From positions 817 to 64,816 of the forward strand of contig CAZDZJ010000119.1 in assembly GCA_964509895.1 (NCBI GenBank): a DNA stretch of 64,000 bases, read 5' to 3'. The notes under the pieces are model-generated. The model was not told the origin of the DNA, made no database searches, and saw only the letters and a program-made list of their open reading frames with translations. A program made the position numbers and the translations under genes. How positions within the stretch are numbered: the stretch's first letter is position 1; each line of letters opens with the position of its first letter. The stretch is from an uncultured Gemmatimonadota bacterium. Lineage in GTDB: Bacteria > Gemmatimonadota > Gemmatimonadetes > Palauibacterales > Palauibacteraceae. Positions 25,531 through 35,654 of this stretch are shown piece after piece.

Positions 25531-28032
25531 ATGAAGAGATTCGCAGTTGCGTTGTCCTGCATCGCGCTCTGGGCGCTGATCGCCGCCCTTTCCGGGGGGG
25601 CATCCCGCTTCGCCCCGCCCGCGGCGCACGCGCACGGACTCGTCCCGGACACGATCCCGCAGTCCATCGTGAACCAGGTCTGCACGAACTGCCACAATGA
25701 TGCGCGGCTCCTGGGGAACCTCACGCTGGAGCGCTTCGAGGTGGCATCGGCTCACCTCGAAGCCGAGACGGCGGAGAAGATGATCCGGAAGCTGCGGGCC
25801 GGGATGATGCCGCCGCCGGGGATCCGGCGCCCGCCGCCGGAAGACCTGCTCGAACTCGCCATGGCGCTCGAGGCGCGGGTCGATGCCGTGGCCGCGGACC
25901 GCCCCGATCCCGGCGTCCGCTCCTTCCAGCGACTGAACCGGGCCGAGTACGAGCGCTCCATCCGGGCGCTCCTCGGGCTCGATATCGACGCCTCGGCGTA
26001 CCTCCCGAACGAGACGATCAGCGCGGGCTTCGACAACATCGCGGACGTGCAGAACCTGTCCGCCACGCTGCTTGAAGGATACCTGACGGCGGCGAGCGAG
26101 ATCAGCCGGCTGGCGCTCGGCGACCCGACCGTAACCCCGAGCGAGGCGGAATACGAGGTATCGCGCTACGCCGAGCAGCGGCAGCATGTGCCCGGCACGC
26201 CGATCGGGACGCGGGGCGGGATCGCCGTCGTGCACAACTTCACCGCCGACGGGGACTACGTCTTCCGCCTCGCCTTCCAGCACGAGTCGACCGGGAACTT
26301 CTTCGGGCAGACGACGCCGTTCGACGAGCAGGTCGAACTCTCGATCGACGGGGAGCGGCGGGCGCTCATCGACATCGACCGGTGGATGCACCGGCAGGAC
26401 CCCAACGGCGTACAGGTCGAGACGGAGCCGATCCATGTCACGGCGGGTCCGCACCGCGTGGCCGCCGCCTTCATCAAGCGCTTCGACGGGCCGATCGAAG
26501 ATCTGATGTCGCCGCACGAGTGGAGCCTGGCCGACAAGAAGATCGGCTACTCCCACGGGATCACCGTCGTCGCCCACCTGCGCGACCTCACGGTCCGTGG
26601 GCCGTTCGGCGTGTCGGGCGTGTCGGAGACGCCGACGAGGGCGCGCGTGCTGACGTGCCGGCCCGACACCGGCGATGCGGCCGCCGAACGCCGCTGCGCG
26701 CGGGAGATCGTGGCGCGCCTCGCGGCGCGGGCGTACCGGCGGCCGGTGGACGCGGCGGACATCGACCCTCTCCTTGCCCTGTACGACGCGGGGGCGGAGG
26801 AGGACGGCTTCGAGGTCGGGGTGCGGACGGCGCTCCAGGGCATTCTCGCGAGCCCGGACTTCATCTTCCGTTTCGAGGAACCGCCCGCCGGGGCCGGGAC
26901 CGGGGGTCCGTACCGCATCGCGCCGCTCGATCTCGCTTCGAGGCTCGCCTTCTTCCTGTGGGGGATGCCGCCGGACGAAACGCTCATCGAGGCGGCGCAG
27001 TCGGGCGGACTCGGCCACCTGGCGGGCGTGGAAGCCCAGGTCCGCCGCATGCTCGGGCACCCGAACGCCGAAGGGCTGGCGACGCGATTCGCGGCGCAGT
27101 GGCTCAGGCTGCAGGATCTCGACAGCGTGCACCCGGACGCGCTCCGCTTCCCCGACTTCTACGAACAGCTCGCCCGCGACATGCGGCGCGAGACGGAGCT
27201 CCTGTTCGAGCACCTCGTGCGGGAGGACCGGAGCTTTTTCGAGCTGCTGACGGCGGACTACACCTTCGTCAACGGGCGGCTCGCGAGGCACTACGGGATC
27301 CCCGACGTGGCCGGGACCCACTTCCGGAAGGTCGACTATCCCGACGACACCCGCCGCGGCGTGCTGGCGCATGGGAGCATCCTCACGTCGACCTCGCACG
27401 CGAACCGGACCTCGCCGGTGCTCCGCGGCAAGTGGATCATGGAGGTCCTGTTCGGGACGCCGCCGCCCCCGCCGCCACCGGATGTCCCCGATCTGGAGGC
27501 GATCGACGAGGCGGAGGAGGGCCGCTTCCTCACCGTGCGCGAGCGGCTCGAGATGCACCGGGCCAGCCCGGCGTGCCGGTCGTGCCACCGCGTCATCGAC
27601 CCGCTCGGACTCGCGCTCGAGAACTTCGACGTGACCGGCGCGTACCGGATCAACGACCAGGGGCGCACCGTCGATCCCAGCGGCGACCTGTACGACGGGA
27701 CGCCGCTGTCCGGGCTGGCCGATCTGCGGACCGCCCTTCTCTCGCGGCGCGAGTCGCTGGCGCGGGCGTTCACCGAGAGCCTCATGGCCTACGCTCTCGG
27801 GCGCCGCGTCGAGTACTTCGATATGCCGACCGTGCGCCGGATCACGCGGCGGGCGGAGGCGGAGGACTACCGCATGTCCGCCTTCATCCTCGGGGTGGCG
27901 GAGAGCCCGGCTTTCCTCATGAGCCGCGGCGGCGCCATCGTCGAGCAGGACGGCGAGGCAGGCGTTCGGAACCACGGGACCGACCAGGCGAGGCGCCAGG
28001 GGTCCCACCAGCGGACGAACGAGGGGATGTAG
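25531..28032 (+). CDS. DUF1592/DUF1588/DUF1585-type protein with cytochrome c motif
   Basis: Signal peptide, heme-binding CTNCH, and an LRAGMMPPPG segment. It has the size and position typical of the DUF1592 partner of DUF1552 proteins. Confidence 0.85.
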   Translation: MKRFAVALSCIALWALIAALSGGASRFAPPAAHAHGLVPDTIPQSIVNQVCTNCHNDARLLGNLTLERFEVASAHLEAETAEKMIRKLRAGMMPPPGIRRPPPEDLLELAMALEARVDAVAADRPDPGVRSFQRLNRAEYERSIRALLGLDIDASAYLPNETISAGFDNIADVQNLSATLLEGYLTAASEISRLALGDPTVTPSEAEYEVSRYAEQRQHVPGTPIGTRGGIAVVHNFTADGDYVFRLAFQHESTGNFFGQTTPFDEQVELSIDGERRALIDIDRWMHRQDPNGVQVETEPIHVTAGPHRVAAAFIKRFDGPIEDLMSPHEWSLADKKIGYSHGITVVAHLRDLTVRGPFGVSGVSETPTRARVLTCRPDTGDAAAERRCAREIVARLAARAYRRPVDAADIDPLLALYDAGAEEDGFEVGVRTALQGILASPDFIFRFEEPPAGAGTGGPYRIAPLDLASRLAFFLWGMPPDETLIEAAQSGGLGHLAGVEAQVRRMLGHPNAEGLATRFAAQWLRLQDLDSVHPDALRFPDFYEQLARDMRRETELLFEHLVREDRSFFELLTADYTFVNGRLARHYGIPDVAGTHFRKVDYPDDTRRGVLAHGSILTSTSHANRTSPVLRGKWIMEVLFGTPPPPPPPDVPDLEAIDEAEEGRFLTVRERLEMHRASPACRSCHRVIDPLGLALENFDVTGAYRINDQGRTVDPSGDLYDGTPLSGLADLRTALLSRRESLARAFTESLMAYALGRRVEYFDMPTVRRITRRAEAEDYRMSAFILGVAESPAFLMSRGGAIVEQDGEAGVRNHGTDQARRQGSHQRTNEGM

Positions 28033-29442
28033 ATGGAGATCATCACGGGAAAGCACATTCCGCGCCGCACCTTCCTCCGGGGCGTCGGTGCCACGGTGGC
28101 GCTTCCGATGCTGGACGCCATGGTCCCGGCCGGGAGGCTCCGGGGTTCGATCCACCCCGCGGATCCGACGCGGCTCATCGCGATCGAGATGGTGCACGGT
28201 GCCGCCGGCTCGACGGCGTACGGGGCATCGCGCGGCTACTGGTCGCCGCTTCAGACCGGCCGCGACTTCGACCTCGGCACGGGCGCGCTCGCGTCCCTCG
28301 AGCCGTTCCGGGACCATCTCACCATCATCAGCGACACCGACATCGAGGCGGCGGAGGCAAGGATCCCCAAGGAGATCGGGGGCGACCACTTCCGCTCCAG
28401 CGCGACCTTCCTGACCCAGGCCCATCCTCGGCAGACCGAAGGCTCCGACATCCTGGCCGGCACCTCCATGGACCAGCTCTACGCCCAGCGCTTCGGACAG
28501 GACACGCCGATCCCCTCCATGCAGCTCTGCATCGAGAACGTGGACCAGTCGGGAGGCTGCGCGTACGGCTATGCCTGCGTCTACACGGACACGATCAGCT
28601 GGCAGTCGCCTACGGAGCCGCTCCCGATGATTCGAGATCCGAGGGTGGCCTTCGACCAGCTGTTCGGGGCCGGGGGGAGCGCGGAGGAACGCGCCGCCCG
28701 CCGGCGCGCGAACCGGAGCGTCCTCGACTTCATCGCGGGGCGCATCGGACAGCTCCGCCGTGAGCTGGGACCCGTCGACGTCCGCCGGCTCGACCGCTAC
28801 CTCGACAACGTCCGGGAGATCGAGCGGCGCATCGAACGCGTCGAGACACAGAACCGAAGCGGCGAGGAGCGGGCGCTTCCCGAGGCGCCGGCCGGCGTGC
28901 CCGACTCCTTCGTCGAACACGTGCACCTGATGTTCGACCTCCAGGCGCTCGCCTTCGAGTCGGACATGACGCGGGTGTTTTCGTTCAAGCTGGGGCGAGA
29001 TTCGTCGGCGCGGGTCTTCCCCGAGAGCGGCGTCGACAAGCCGTTCCACCCGGCGTCCCATCACGGAGCGGACGAGGGGAACATCGACGACTTCGCGCAG
29101 ATCAACCGCTTCCACGTCTCGATGGTCCCGTACCTGCTCGAGCGGCTGCAGAACACGATGGACGGAGACACGGACCTGCTCGAGAAGACGATGGTGATCT
29201 ACGGCTCGCCCATGGGCGACCCGAACGTGCACAACCACAAGCGCTGCCCGCTGTTCGTGGCGGGCGGTGCGAACGGGAAACTGGACGGCGGACTGCACGT
29301 GCGGGCCGCCCCGGGCACGCCGATGGCCAACGCCCTGCTCTCGCTCATGCACGCCCTCGGGATGGAGGATGTCGAACAGTTCGGGGACAGCACGGGAGCC
29401 CTGTCGCTCGCGGCCCCCGGCACGAGCGCGGCCGGCTCGTGA
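28033..29442 (+). CDS. DUF1552 domain-containing protein (TAT signal)
   Basis: The ATG directly follows the upstream TAG. The N-terminus MEIITGKHIPRRTFLRGVGATVALPMLDAM is characteristic of DUF1552. Confidence 0.88.
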   Translation: MEIITGKHIPRRTFLRGVGATVALPMLDAMVPAGRLRGSIHPADPTRLIAIEMVHGAAGSTAYGASRGYWSPLQTGRDFDLGTGALASLEPFRDHLTIISDTDIEAAEARIPKEIGGDHFRSSATFLTQAHPRQTEGSDILAGTSMDQLYAQRFGQDTPIPSMQLCIENVDQSGGCAYGYACVYTDTISWQSPTEPLPMIRDPRVAFDQLFGAGGSAEERAARRRANRSVLDFIAGRIGQLRRELGPVDVRRLDRYLDNVREIERRIERVETQNRSGEERALPEAPAGVPDSFVEHVHLMFDLQALAFESDMTRVFSFKLGRDSSARVFPESGVDKPFHPASHHGADEGNIDDFAQINRFHVSMVPYLLERLQNTMDGDTDLLEKTMVIYGSPMGDPNVHNHKRCPLFVAGGANGKLDGGLHVRAAPGTPMANALLSLMHALGMEDVEQFGDSTGALSLAAPGTSAAGS

Positions 29443-31232
29443 GGCGCGCCGGCTTCCCGCGGCGGGGGCGCCCGGCCGCACGACTGGCCGCTGTGGCCCT
29501 CCTGACACTGTCCGTGGCAGCCGGGCACGCGCCGGATTCGCCGGTCGCCGACGCGGCCATGGCGGGCGACCTCGCCGGAGTGCGCGCACTCCTCTCCGAC
29601 GGTGCCGACGTGAACGCGCCGCAGGGCGACGGGATGACCGCGCTCCACTGGGCCGCCCGGTCGGCCAGCGCCGACATGGCCCGGCTGCTCCTCGAATCGG
29701 GCGGCGACGTGGACGCGGCCACGCGCATCGGGGGCTACACGCCGCTGCACCTCGCGAGCGAGGTCGGGAGCGCGGACGTCGTGGGCCTGCTACTCGCGAC
29801 CGGAGCCGCGCAGACCGCCACGACCGAGGACATCGGCGGCGCGACCCCGCTGCATCTCGCCGCCGGCGCCGGCGACCCGCAAGCCGTCCGCCTTCTCCTC
29901 GAGCACGGCGGCGACGCCAACGCCCGCGAGCTGCGCTGGGGCCAGACGCCGCTCATCTACGCGGCGGCGCGCGGCCGGGAAGCCGCCGCCCGGGCGCTGA
30001 TCGAGGGCGGGGCCGATCCCGGCCTCGCGACCTGGGTGACCGACATCACGGCGCTGACCGCGTGGTCGCAGGCCGACCGCCGCGCCCGCACGGCGAGGAT
30101 GCGGGGAGAGCCCGAACCGGCAGTCCCGCCCCGGCCCGCGCCCTCCGATGCGCCGCTCGCCGACGCGGCCCACGCGCCCGGCGACCGGTCCGCGACGGAG
30201 GACGATGAAGACTACGAGCGCCCGATCGAGGAACCCGAGCCGCTCGGTTACGGCGACCTCATCGGCGGCCACGGCGGCATGACCGCCCTGCTGCACGCCG
30301 CCCGCGAGGGCCACGCCGGCACCGCGCGCGTACTCATCGAAGGCGGAGCGGACGTGAACCGGGTGAGCGGCGGCGACCGCACGAGTCCCATGCTCATCGC
30401 GATGATCAACGGCCACTTCGACCTCGCGCTGGAGCTGATGGAGGCCGGGGCCGATCCCCGGATCGCCTCCGCCGCGGGCGCGACGCCGCTCTTCGCCGCC
30501 CTCAACGCCCACTGGGCACCCAAGTCACGCTATCCGCAGCAGCACGCCTACGGGCAGCAGCGGCACAGCTACCTCGAGGTCATGCGCCGCCTGCTCGACG
30601 CGGGCGTGGACCCCAACGCCCGTCTCGATAAGCACCTCTGGTGGGTGTCGTACAACTTCGACCTGCTGCAGATCGACCTGAAGGGCGCGACGCCGTTCTG
30701 GCGCGCGGCGTACAGCCTGGACGTGGAGGCCATGAAGCTCCTCGTCGAATACGGCGCCGACCCCGGCCTCGCCACGATCAAGGTGCCCCCGCGGCGCCTC
30801 CCCGCGTGGGACCGCGAGAAGCGCGACCTCTCCGGCGTCCCGCCCGTCCCCGTGGGAGGCCCCGCCGACTACCCGATCCACGCCGCGACCGGCATCGGCT
30901 ACGGCCAGGGCTTCCCCAGCAACGCGCACCGGTATGTGCCGGACGGCTGGCTGCCGGCCGTCCGCTATCTCGTGGAGGAGCTGGGCGCCGACGTGAACCG
31001 TCGCGACGACGAGGGCTACACGCCGCTCCACAACGCGGCCTCGCGCGGCGACCTCGAAGTGATCCGCTTCCTCGTCGAGCATGGCGCGGATCCGACCGCC
31101 GTCAGCCGCGTCGGCCAGACCACGGCGGACATGGCGAACGGCCCCTACCAGCGAACGCAGCCCTTCCCGGAGGCGGTGGCCCTGCTCGAAAGCCTCGGCT
31201 CCAAGAACAACCGCAACTGCGTGTCCTGCTGA
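29439..31232 (+). CDS. ankyrin-repeat protein with signal peptide
   Basis: GTG 29439 overlaps the DUF1552 stop (GTGA). Repeated G-x-TALH/TPLH-x-A...LL..GADVN units, for example DGMTALHWAARSASADMARLLLESGGDVD and GYTPLHLASEVGSADVVGLLL. Confidence 0.85.
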   Translation: MRRAGFPRRGRPAARLAAVALLTLSVAAGHAPDSPVADAAMAGDLAGVRALLSDGADVNAPQGDGMTALHWAARSASADMARLLLESGGDVDAATRIGGYTPLHLASEVGSADVVGLLLATGAAQTATTEDIGGATPLHLAAGAGDPQAVRLLLEHGGDANARELRWGQTPLIYAAARGREAAARALIEGGADPGLATWVTDITALTAWSQADRRARTARMRGEPEPAVPPRPAPSDAPLADAAHAPGDRSATEDDEDYERPIEEPEPLGYGDLIGGHGGMTALLHAAREGHAGTARVLIEGGADVNRVSGGDRTSPMLIAMINGHFDLALELMEAGADPRIASAAGATPLFAALNAHWAPKSRYPQQHAYGQQRHSYLEVMRRLLDAGVDPNARLDKHLWWVSYNFDLLQIDLKGATPFWRAAYSLDVEAMKLLVEYGADPGLATIKVPPRRLPAWDREKRDLSGVPPVPVGGPADYPIHAATGIGYGQGFPSNAHRYVPDGWLPAVRYLVEELGADVNRRDDEGYTPLHNAASRGDLEVIRFLVEHGADPTAVSRVGQTTADMANGPYQRTQPFPEAVALLESLGSKNNRNCVSC

Positions 31233-31290
31233 CCCCAATCCTCCCCGGCAACCGGCTCCCGGCCCGGCCGCCCGCCGGCTTTCGCCGCGC

Positions 31291-33273
31291 ATGATCGGTG
31301 TTTCGGGCCTCGGAAAGGCGTTCGGCGGCCAGGTCCTCTTCCGGGATGCGACGTTCCTCCTCAACCCCGGCGAGTGCTACGGCCTCGTGGGCGCGAACGG
31401 ATCCGGCAAGACGACGCTGCTGAACATCCTCGGGGGCACCGAGGATCCGACGGAGGGATCCGTCACGATCCCCCGGCGACTCCGGCTCGGGGTACTTCGA
31501 CAGGAGCACTTCCTGCACGAAGACGAGCAGATCCTCGGCGCCACGCTGATGGGAGATCCCGAACTCTGGCGCACGATGGTGGAGCGGGAGGCGCTGATCG
31601 AGGCGGAGGACGGAGACTTCGACTCCGACCGTTTCTCGGAACTCGAAGAGATCTTCCAGCGCCACGACGGCTACACGGCGGAGGCCCGCGCGGGCGAGAT
31701 CCTCGAGGGACTCGGGTTGCCGAGCGATGTCCACCGCCAGGCTCTCTCGACACTCTCGGGCGGGTTCAAGCTCCGGGTGCTGCTCGCGCAAACGCTTGCG
31801 GGCGCGCCCGATGTCCTTCTCCTCGACGAGCCGACGAACCACCTGGACATCCTCTCCATCCGGTGGCTCGAGAAATTCCTGCGGGAGTTCACGGGAGCGA
31901 TCGTCGTCATCTCGCACGACCACCGGTTCCTCGACAATATCGCCTCCCACATTCTCGATATCGACTATGAGACGATCACAGTCTACAGGGGCAACTACGA
32001 CGACTATCTCAATCGAAAGAGAGAGGACCAGGAGAGACGCGAGAAGGAACTCGCCAGGCGGGAGCGGGAGATCGCCCACCACCAGCAGTTCGTCGACCGC
32101 TTCCGGGCCAAGGCGAGCAAGGCGCGGCAGGCCCAGAGCAAGCTGCGCCTGATCGAGAAGCGGGCCGAGGCGCTACAACCGCTCCCGGTGTCCTCGCGCC
32201 GTTATCCGAAGTTCCGCTTCGAGTCCCGGCGCCCGAGCGGGCGCACCGTCCTCGGCGTCGAGGGCGTAAAAAAGGCGTTCGGCGACAATGAAGTCCTTCA
32301 CGGGGTCGACCTCTCGCTCGAACGCGGGGACCGGATGGCGATCATGGGCCCGAACGGGATCGGCAAGTCGACGCTGCTCAAGATCGTGATGGGCGAACTC
32401 GACCCGGACGCCGGCGGCGTCACCTGGGGCTACGAGACGCACCCGGGCTACTTCGCGCAGGACCAGGAGGCCCGCTTCGATTCTCCGGGACAGACGGCGG
32501 AAGACTGGATCGCCGGGTTCTGCGCGGGGAAGACGCTCGGCTTCGTGCGCGGCGAGATGGGGCGCGTGCTCTTCTCCGGCGACGACGCGAAGAAGCGGGT
32601 CGGCAACCTCTCCGGCGGCGAGGCCGCCCGACTCGTGTTCTGCCGCATGGCGATCGAGCGGCCCAACGTGCTCGTGCTCGACGAACCCACGAACCATCTC
32701 GACCTGGAGTCCATCGAAGCGCTGGTCGGGGCGCTGCGAAGCTACGACGGCACGCTGATGCTGGTATCGCACGACCGCTGGTTCGTCTCCCGGCTCGCCA
32801 CGCGCATCGTCGAGATCTCCGAGGACGGAATCCGCGACTTCAAGGGCAGCTACGAGGAGTACGTCCACTACTGCGGAGACGACCACCTCGACGTGGATAC
32901 CGTCGTCCTCAAGGCGCGACGCGAAAAGCGGGCCGCCCGCGCCGCGAGCGCCGAAACCGGCGGCATCAGTGGCGCGGCGGCAGGAGGCCCGGCCGCGCGA
33001 AGAGCGAGCCCGGGGGACGCGAGGGGGAGCCGGAACCGCTACCGGGGCGGATCGCTGCGGACGAAGCTGAACGACATTACGAAGCGGATCGAAGCCTCCG
33101 AGGCCCGCCTCGCCGAGATCGACGAGATCTTCGCCGACCCCGTCTTCTACGCCGATACCCCCATCGACGAGGTCCGCACGCTCGAGACCGAGCGCACCGC
33201 CCGGAAGTCGGAACTCGAAGAACTCATGGCGGCCTGGGAAGAAGTCGAGACCGAACTCGCCCGCCTGGACTGA
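31291..33273 (+). CDS. ABC-F family ATPase (Uup-like, C-terminal coiled coil)
   Basis: Starts at ATG 31291 inside ORF 31081-33273. Walker A GANGSGKTT and GPNGIGKST; signatures LSGGFKLRV and LSGGEAARL; no TM domain. Confidence 0.9.
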   Translation: MIGVSGLGKAFGGQVLFRDATFLLNPGECYGLVGANGSGKTTLLNILGGTEDPTEGSVTIPRRLRLGVLRQEHFLHEDEQILGATLMGDPELWRTMVEREALIEAEDGDFDSDRFSELEEIFQRHDGYTAEARAGEILEGLGLPSDVHRQALSTLSGGFKLRVLLAQTLAGAPDVLLLDEPTNHLDILSIRWLEKFLREFTGAIVVISHDHRFLDNIASHILDIDYETITVYRGNYDDYLNRKREDQERREKELARREREIAHHQQFVDRFRAKASKARQAQSKLRLIEKRAEALQPLPVSSRRYPKFRFESRRPSGRTVLGVEGVKKAFGDNEVLHGVDLSLERGDRMAIMGPNGIGKSTLLKIVMGELDPDAGGVTWGYETHPGYFAQDQEARFDSPGQTAEDWIAGFCAGKTLGFVRGEMGRVLFSGDDAKKRVGNLSGGEAARLVFCRMAIERPNVLVLDEPTNHLDLESIEALVGALRSYDGTLMLVSHDRWFVSRLATRIVEISEDGIRDFKGSYEEYVHYCGDDHLDVDTVVLKARREKRAARAASAETGGISGAAAGGPAARRASPGDARGSRNRYRGGSLRTKLNDITKRIEASEARLAEIDEIFADPVFYADTPIDEVRTLETERTARKSELEELMAAWEEVETELARLD

Positions 33274-33293
33274 CGTCGCCGGGCGGAGAGCGG

Positions 33294-35654
33294 CTACAGC
33301 GGCCAGACGACGGGGAGGAAGAAGACGACGAGCAGCAGCAGGAGCACGAAGAGCGGCGCACCCACCTTCGTGTAGTCGACGACCCTGTAGCCGCCCACAC
33401 CCATGACGAGGAGGTTCACCGGGTGGCCGAAGGGGCTCAGGAAGGCGCACGAGGAGCCCACCGCCACGACCATGAGCAGCGCCCGCGCCGAGAGGTCGAG
33501 TTCGGAGGCCGCGCTGAGCGCGATCGGCGCGACGAGGACGGCGACCGCCGAGGTGGGGACGAACTGCGCCGCGAGCGCACAGATGAGGAAGATGCTCGCG
33601 ATGAGGACGCGCGGTCCGATCGCCGCCGCCCGGCCCACGACTTCGCGCGCGATGAGTTCCGCCGTGCCGGAGTCCTCCATCGCGAGACCCAGCGCCAGCA
33701 TTCCGCCGAGGAGCAGGACAACCCGCCATTCCACGAAGGTGTAGACCTCGTTCCCCTTCACGCAGCCCGTGAAGACCATGAGGAGCGCGCCGAGCAGGGC
33801 CGCGATGTACACGGGCAGCAGGTTGAGCGATGCCGTGAGGATGAAGCCCACCATGAGCGCGCCCGCGATCCACGCTCTGTGGACGCGGAAGACCTCGTGC
33901 AGCTGCCCGTGCAGGACCAGGAATCGCGGGTCGCGGGCGAGGAGCGCGATCCGCTTTCGATTGCCGTAGACGAGGAGGGCGTCCCCGAACTCCAGCGCCG
34001 TCCGCGCGATGCGGAGGTTCGAGTGGAAGGCGCGGCCGCCCCGGAAGATCGAGATCAAGTTGAGTCCGTAGGACTCGCGGAAGAGGACCTCGCGCAGCGT
34101 CTTCCCCACCAGATCGGAACTCGGAGCCAGCGTCACTTCCGCAAACCCGACATCTTCCGATTCCAGTTCTCCGACGGAAGGTGGCTCCTCCGCGGGGACG
34201 AGCGCCTGGAGCGCCTCCAGAACGGCGAAGGCGTCCGGATCTCCCTCTACGATGAGGCGGTCGCCGGCCTGCAGCCGCTCCGACGCCTGCGGCAGCGCGA
34301 TGTCGCCCCCCTCGCGCTCGATTTCCAGGACCGTGAGATCGAAGGCGCGCCGCAGTCGGGACGCGGCCAGCGTGCGTCCGTCCAGCCAGGAACCGTCCGG
34401 GATCTGTAGCCGCATCAGCGAGCGGTACAACTCGTATTCCCCGGTGGCGGAACCGATATCCGTCCACCCGATCGAGGAGAACTCCGTGGCGTAACGCAGT
34501 TGCTGCAGCTGGTCCTCGCGGCCCAGGAGGAGGAGCGCGTCTCCCGCCTCGAGCTTCACCGTCTGGAACGAGCCGCTGAGCACTTCCGCGCCACGCCGCA
34601 GGGCCACGACATGCGCCTGGAACCGGTTCCGGAAGTCGATGCCGCGAACCGTGCTGTCCACGAGGTCCGAACCCTCGCCGATTTCCACCTCTGCCAGCAC
34701 CGTGGAGTCCTTCACGAGGCGCCCCAGGGCGTCCTCCGACTCCCGGTGCCTGACGAGGTGGCCCCAGTCGTGGATTTGCTCGAGCGCGTCGACCCGCCCC
34801 TCGACGATGAGAACATCCTCGCTTCGCAGCACGAAATCGCGTGCCGGAGCCCGCGCCAGGTGGTGCCCCTTTCGGCGCACGGCAAGGAGATCGTACCCCA
34901 GCGCCTGTCCCAGACGGGCCTCGACGAGCGTGCAGCCGTCGAGCGCGGAGCCCGATGGAATCCGGAGCGCGATCAGCGATTCGGCGAGATGGTAGCGGCC
35001 GCCCAGGTCGATCTCGTCGCCCCCCGCGTCGTCGCCGGTGGATCGATCCGGAAGGAAGTGTCTCCCCGCGAGGACCACGTAGAAGACCCCGAGCGCGAGC
35101 GCGGTCGCGCCCACCGGGGTGAAGGAGAAGAAGCCGAACCCTCCCTGTCCCATGCGCTCGAGTATGCTCGAGAGGAGGATGTTGGGGCCCGTCCCGATGA
35201 GCGTCGTCATGCCGCCGAGGAGCGCGGCGAAGGAGAGCGGGATGAGCAGACGGGAGGGACGCATGCCCAGCCGGCGCGAGATCTCGATCACGACGGGAAT
35301 GAGGAGTGCGACGGCGGCCGTGTTGTTCATCACGCCCGACATGATCCCCGACGTGAGCATCAGCAGGGCGGTCACCCGTACCGGAGAGTCCCCCGCCAGA
35401 CGCAGGACCTGGGCTCCGACGAGGTTCGCGACGCCCGTCTTGTAGAGTCCGCCGCTCATCACGAGCACGGCCGCGATCGTAACCACGGCGGGGTTGGCGA
35501 ACCCCTCGATGGCGCGGGCCATGGGGATGACGCCGGAGATCGCCAGGGAGAGGAGAACCATGAGCGCCACGCCGTCGTAGCGGACCCACTCCGTGACGAA
35601 GAGGACGACCGCCACCGCGACGATGGCGAGGACGATGATGACGTCGGCCGTCAT
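33294..35654 (-). CDS. SLC13/DASS family permease with four central TrkA-C (RCK_C) domains
   Basis: N-terminus [35 protein letters not shown]. Four TrkA-C-like units (for example LRIPSGSALDGCTLVEARL..., VEIGEGSDLVDSTVRGIDF..., LQIPDGSWLDGRTLAASRL..., VTLAPSSDLVGKTLREVLF...) sit between two TM halves. Confidence 0.88.
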   Translation of the reverse strand: MTADVIIVLAIVAVAVVLFVTEWVRYDGVALMVLLSLAISGVIPMARAIEGFANPAVVTIAAVLVMSGGLYKTGVANLVGAQVLRLAGDSPVRVTALLMLTSGIMSGVMNNTAAVALLIPVVIEISRRLGMRPSRLLIPLSFAALLGGMTTLIGTGPNILLSSILERMGQGGFGFFSFTPVGATALALGVFYVVLAGRHFLPDRSTGDDAGGDEIDLGGRYHLAESLIALRIPSGSALDGCTLVEARLGQALGYDLLAVRRKGHHLARAPARDFVLRSEDVLIVEGRVDALEQIHDWGHLVRHRESEDALGRLVKDSTVLAEVEIGEGSDLVDSTVRGIDFRNRFQAHVVALRRGAEVLSGSFQTVKLEAGDALLLLGREDQLQQLRYATEFSSIGWTDIGSATGEYELYRSLMRLQIPDGSWLDGRTLAASRLRRAFDLTVLEIEREGGDIALPQASERLQAGDRLIVEGDPDAFAVLEALQALVPAEEPPSVGELESEDVGFAEVTLAPSSDLVGKTLREVLFRESYGLNLISIFRGGRAFHSNLRIARTALEFGDALLVYGNRKRIALLARDPRFLVLHGQLHEVFRVHRAWIAGALMVGFILTASLNLLPVYIAALLGALLMVFTGCVKGNEVYTFVEWRVVLLLGGMLALGLAMEDSGTAELIAREVVGRAAAIGPRVLIASIFLICALAAQFVPTSAVAVLVAPIALSAASELDLSARALLMVVAVGSSCAFLSPFGHPVNLLVMGVGGYRVVDYTKVGAPLFVLLLLLVVFFLPVVWPL

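Noticed and set aside
25468-29589. A 1373-aa minus-strand ORF covering the DUF1592/DUF1552 genes. Similar giants occur at 1361-3691(-), 4064-6529(-), 6300-7547(-), 32173-35589(-), 34500-36614(+), 35654-37510(+), 38601-40145(-), 55127-56830(-), 57589-58758(-) and 62047-63696(+).
   Set aside because: All are Arg/Gly/Pro-rich shadow frames opposite, or out of frame with, genes that have clear family signatures. None shows motifs, an RBS or sensible hydrophobicity patterns.
31081-31290. A 70-codon N-terminal extension of the ABC-F ORF that overlaps the 3' end of the ankyrin gene.
   Set aside because: The extension is Pro/Arg-rich and overlaps a well-supported gene. The ABC-F homology (MIGVSGLGKAFGG) starts at ATG 31291.
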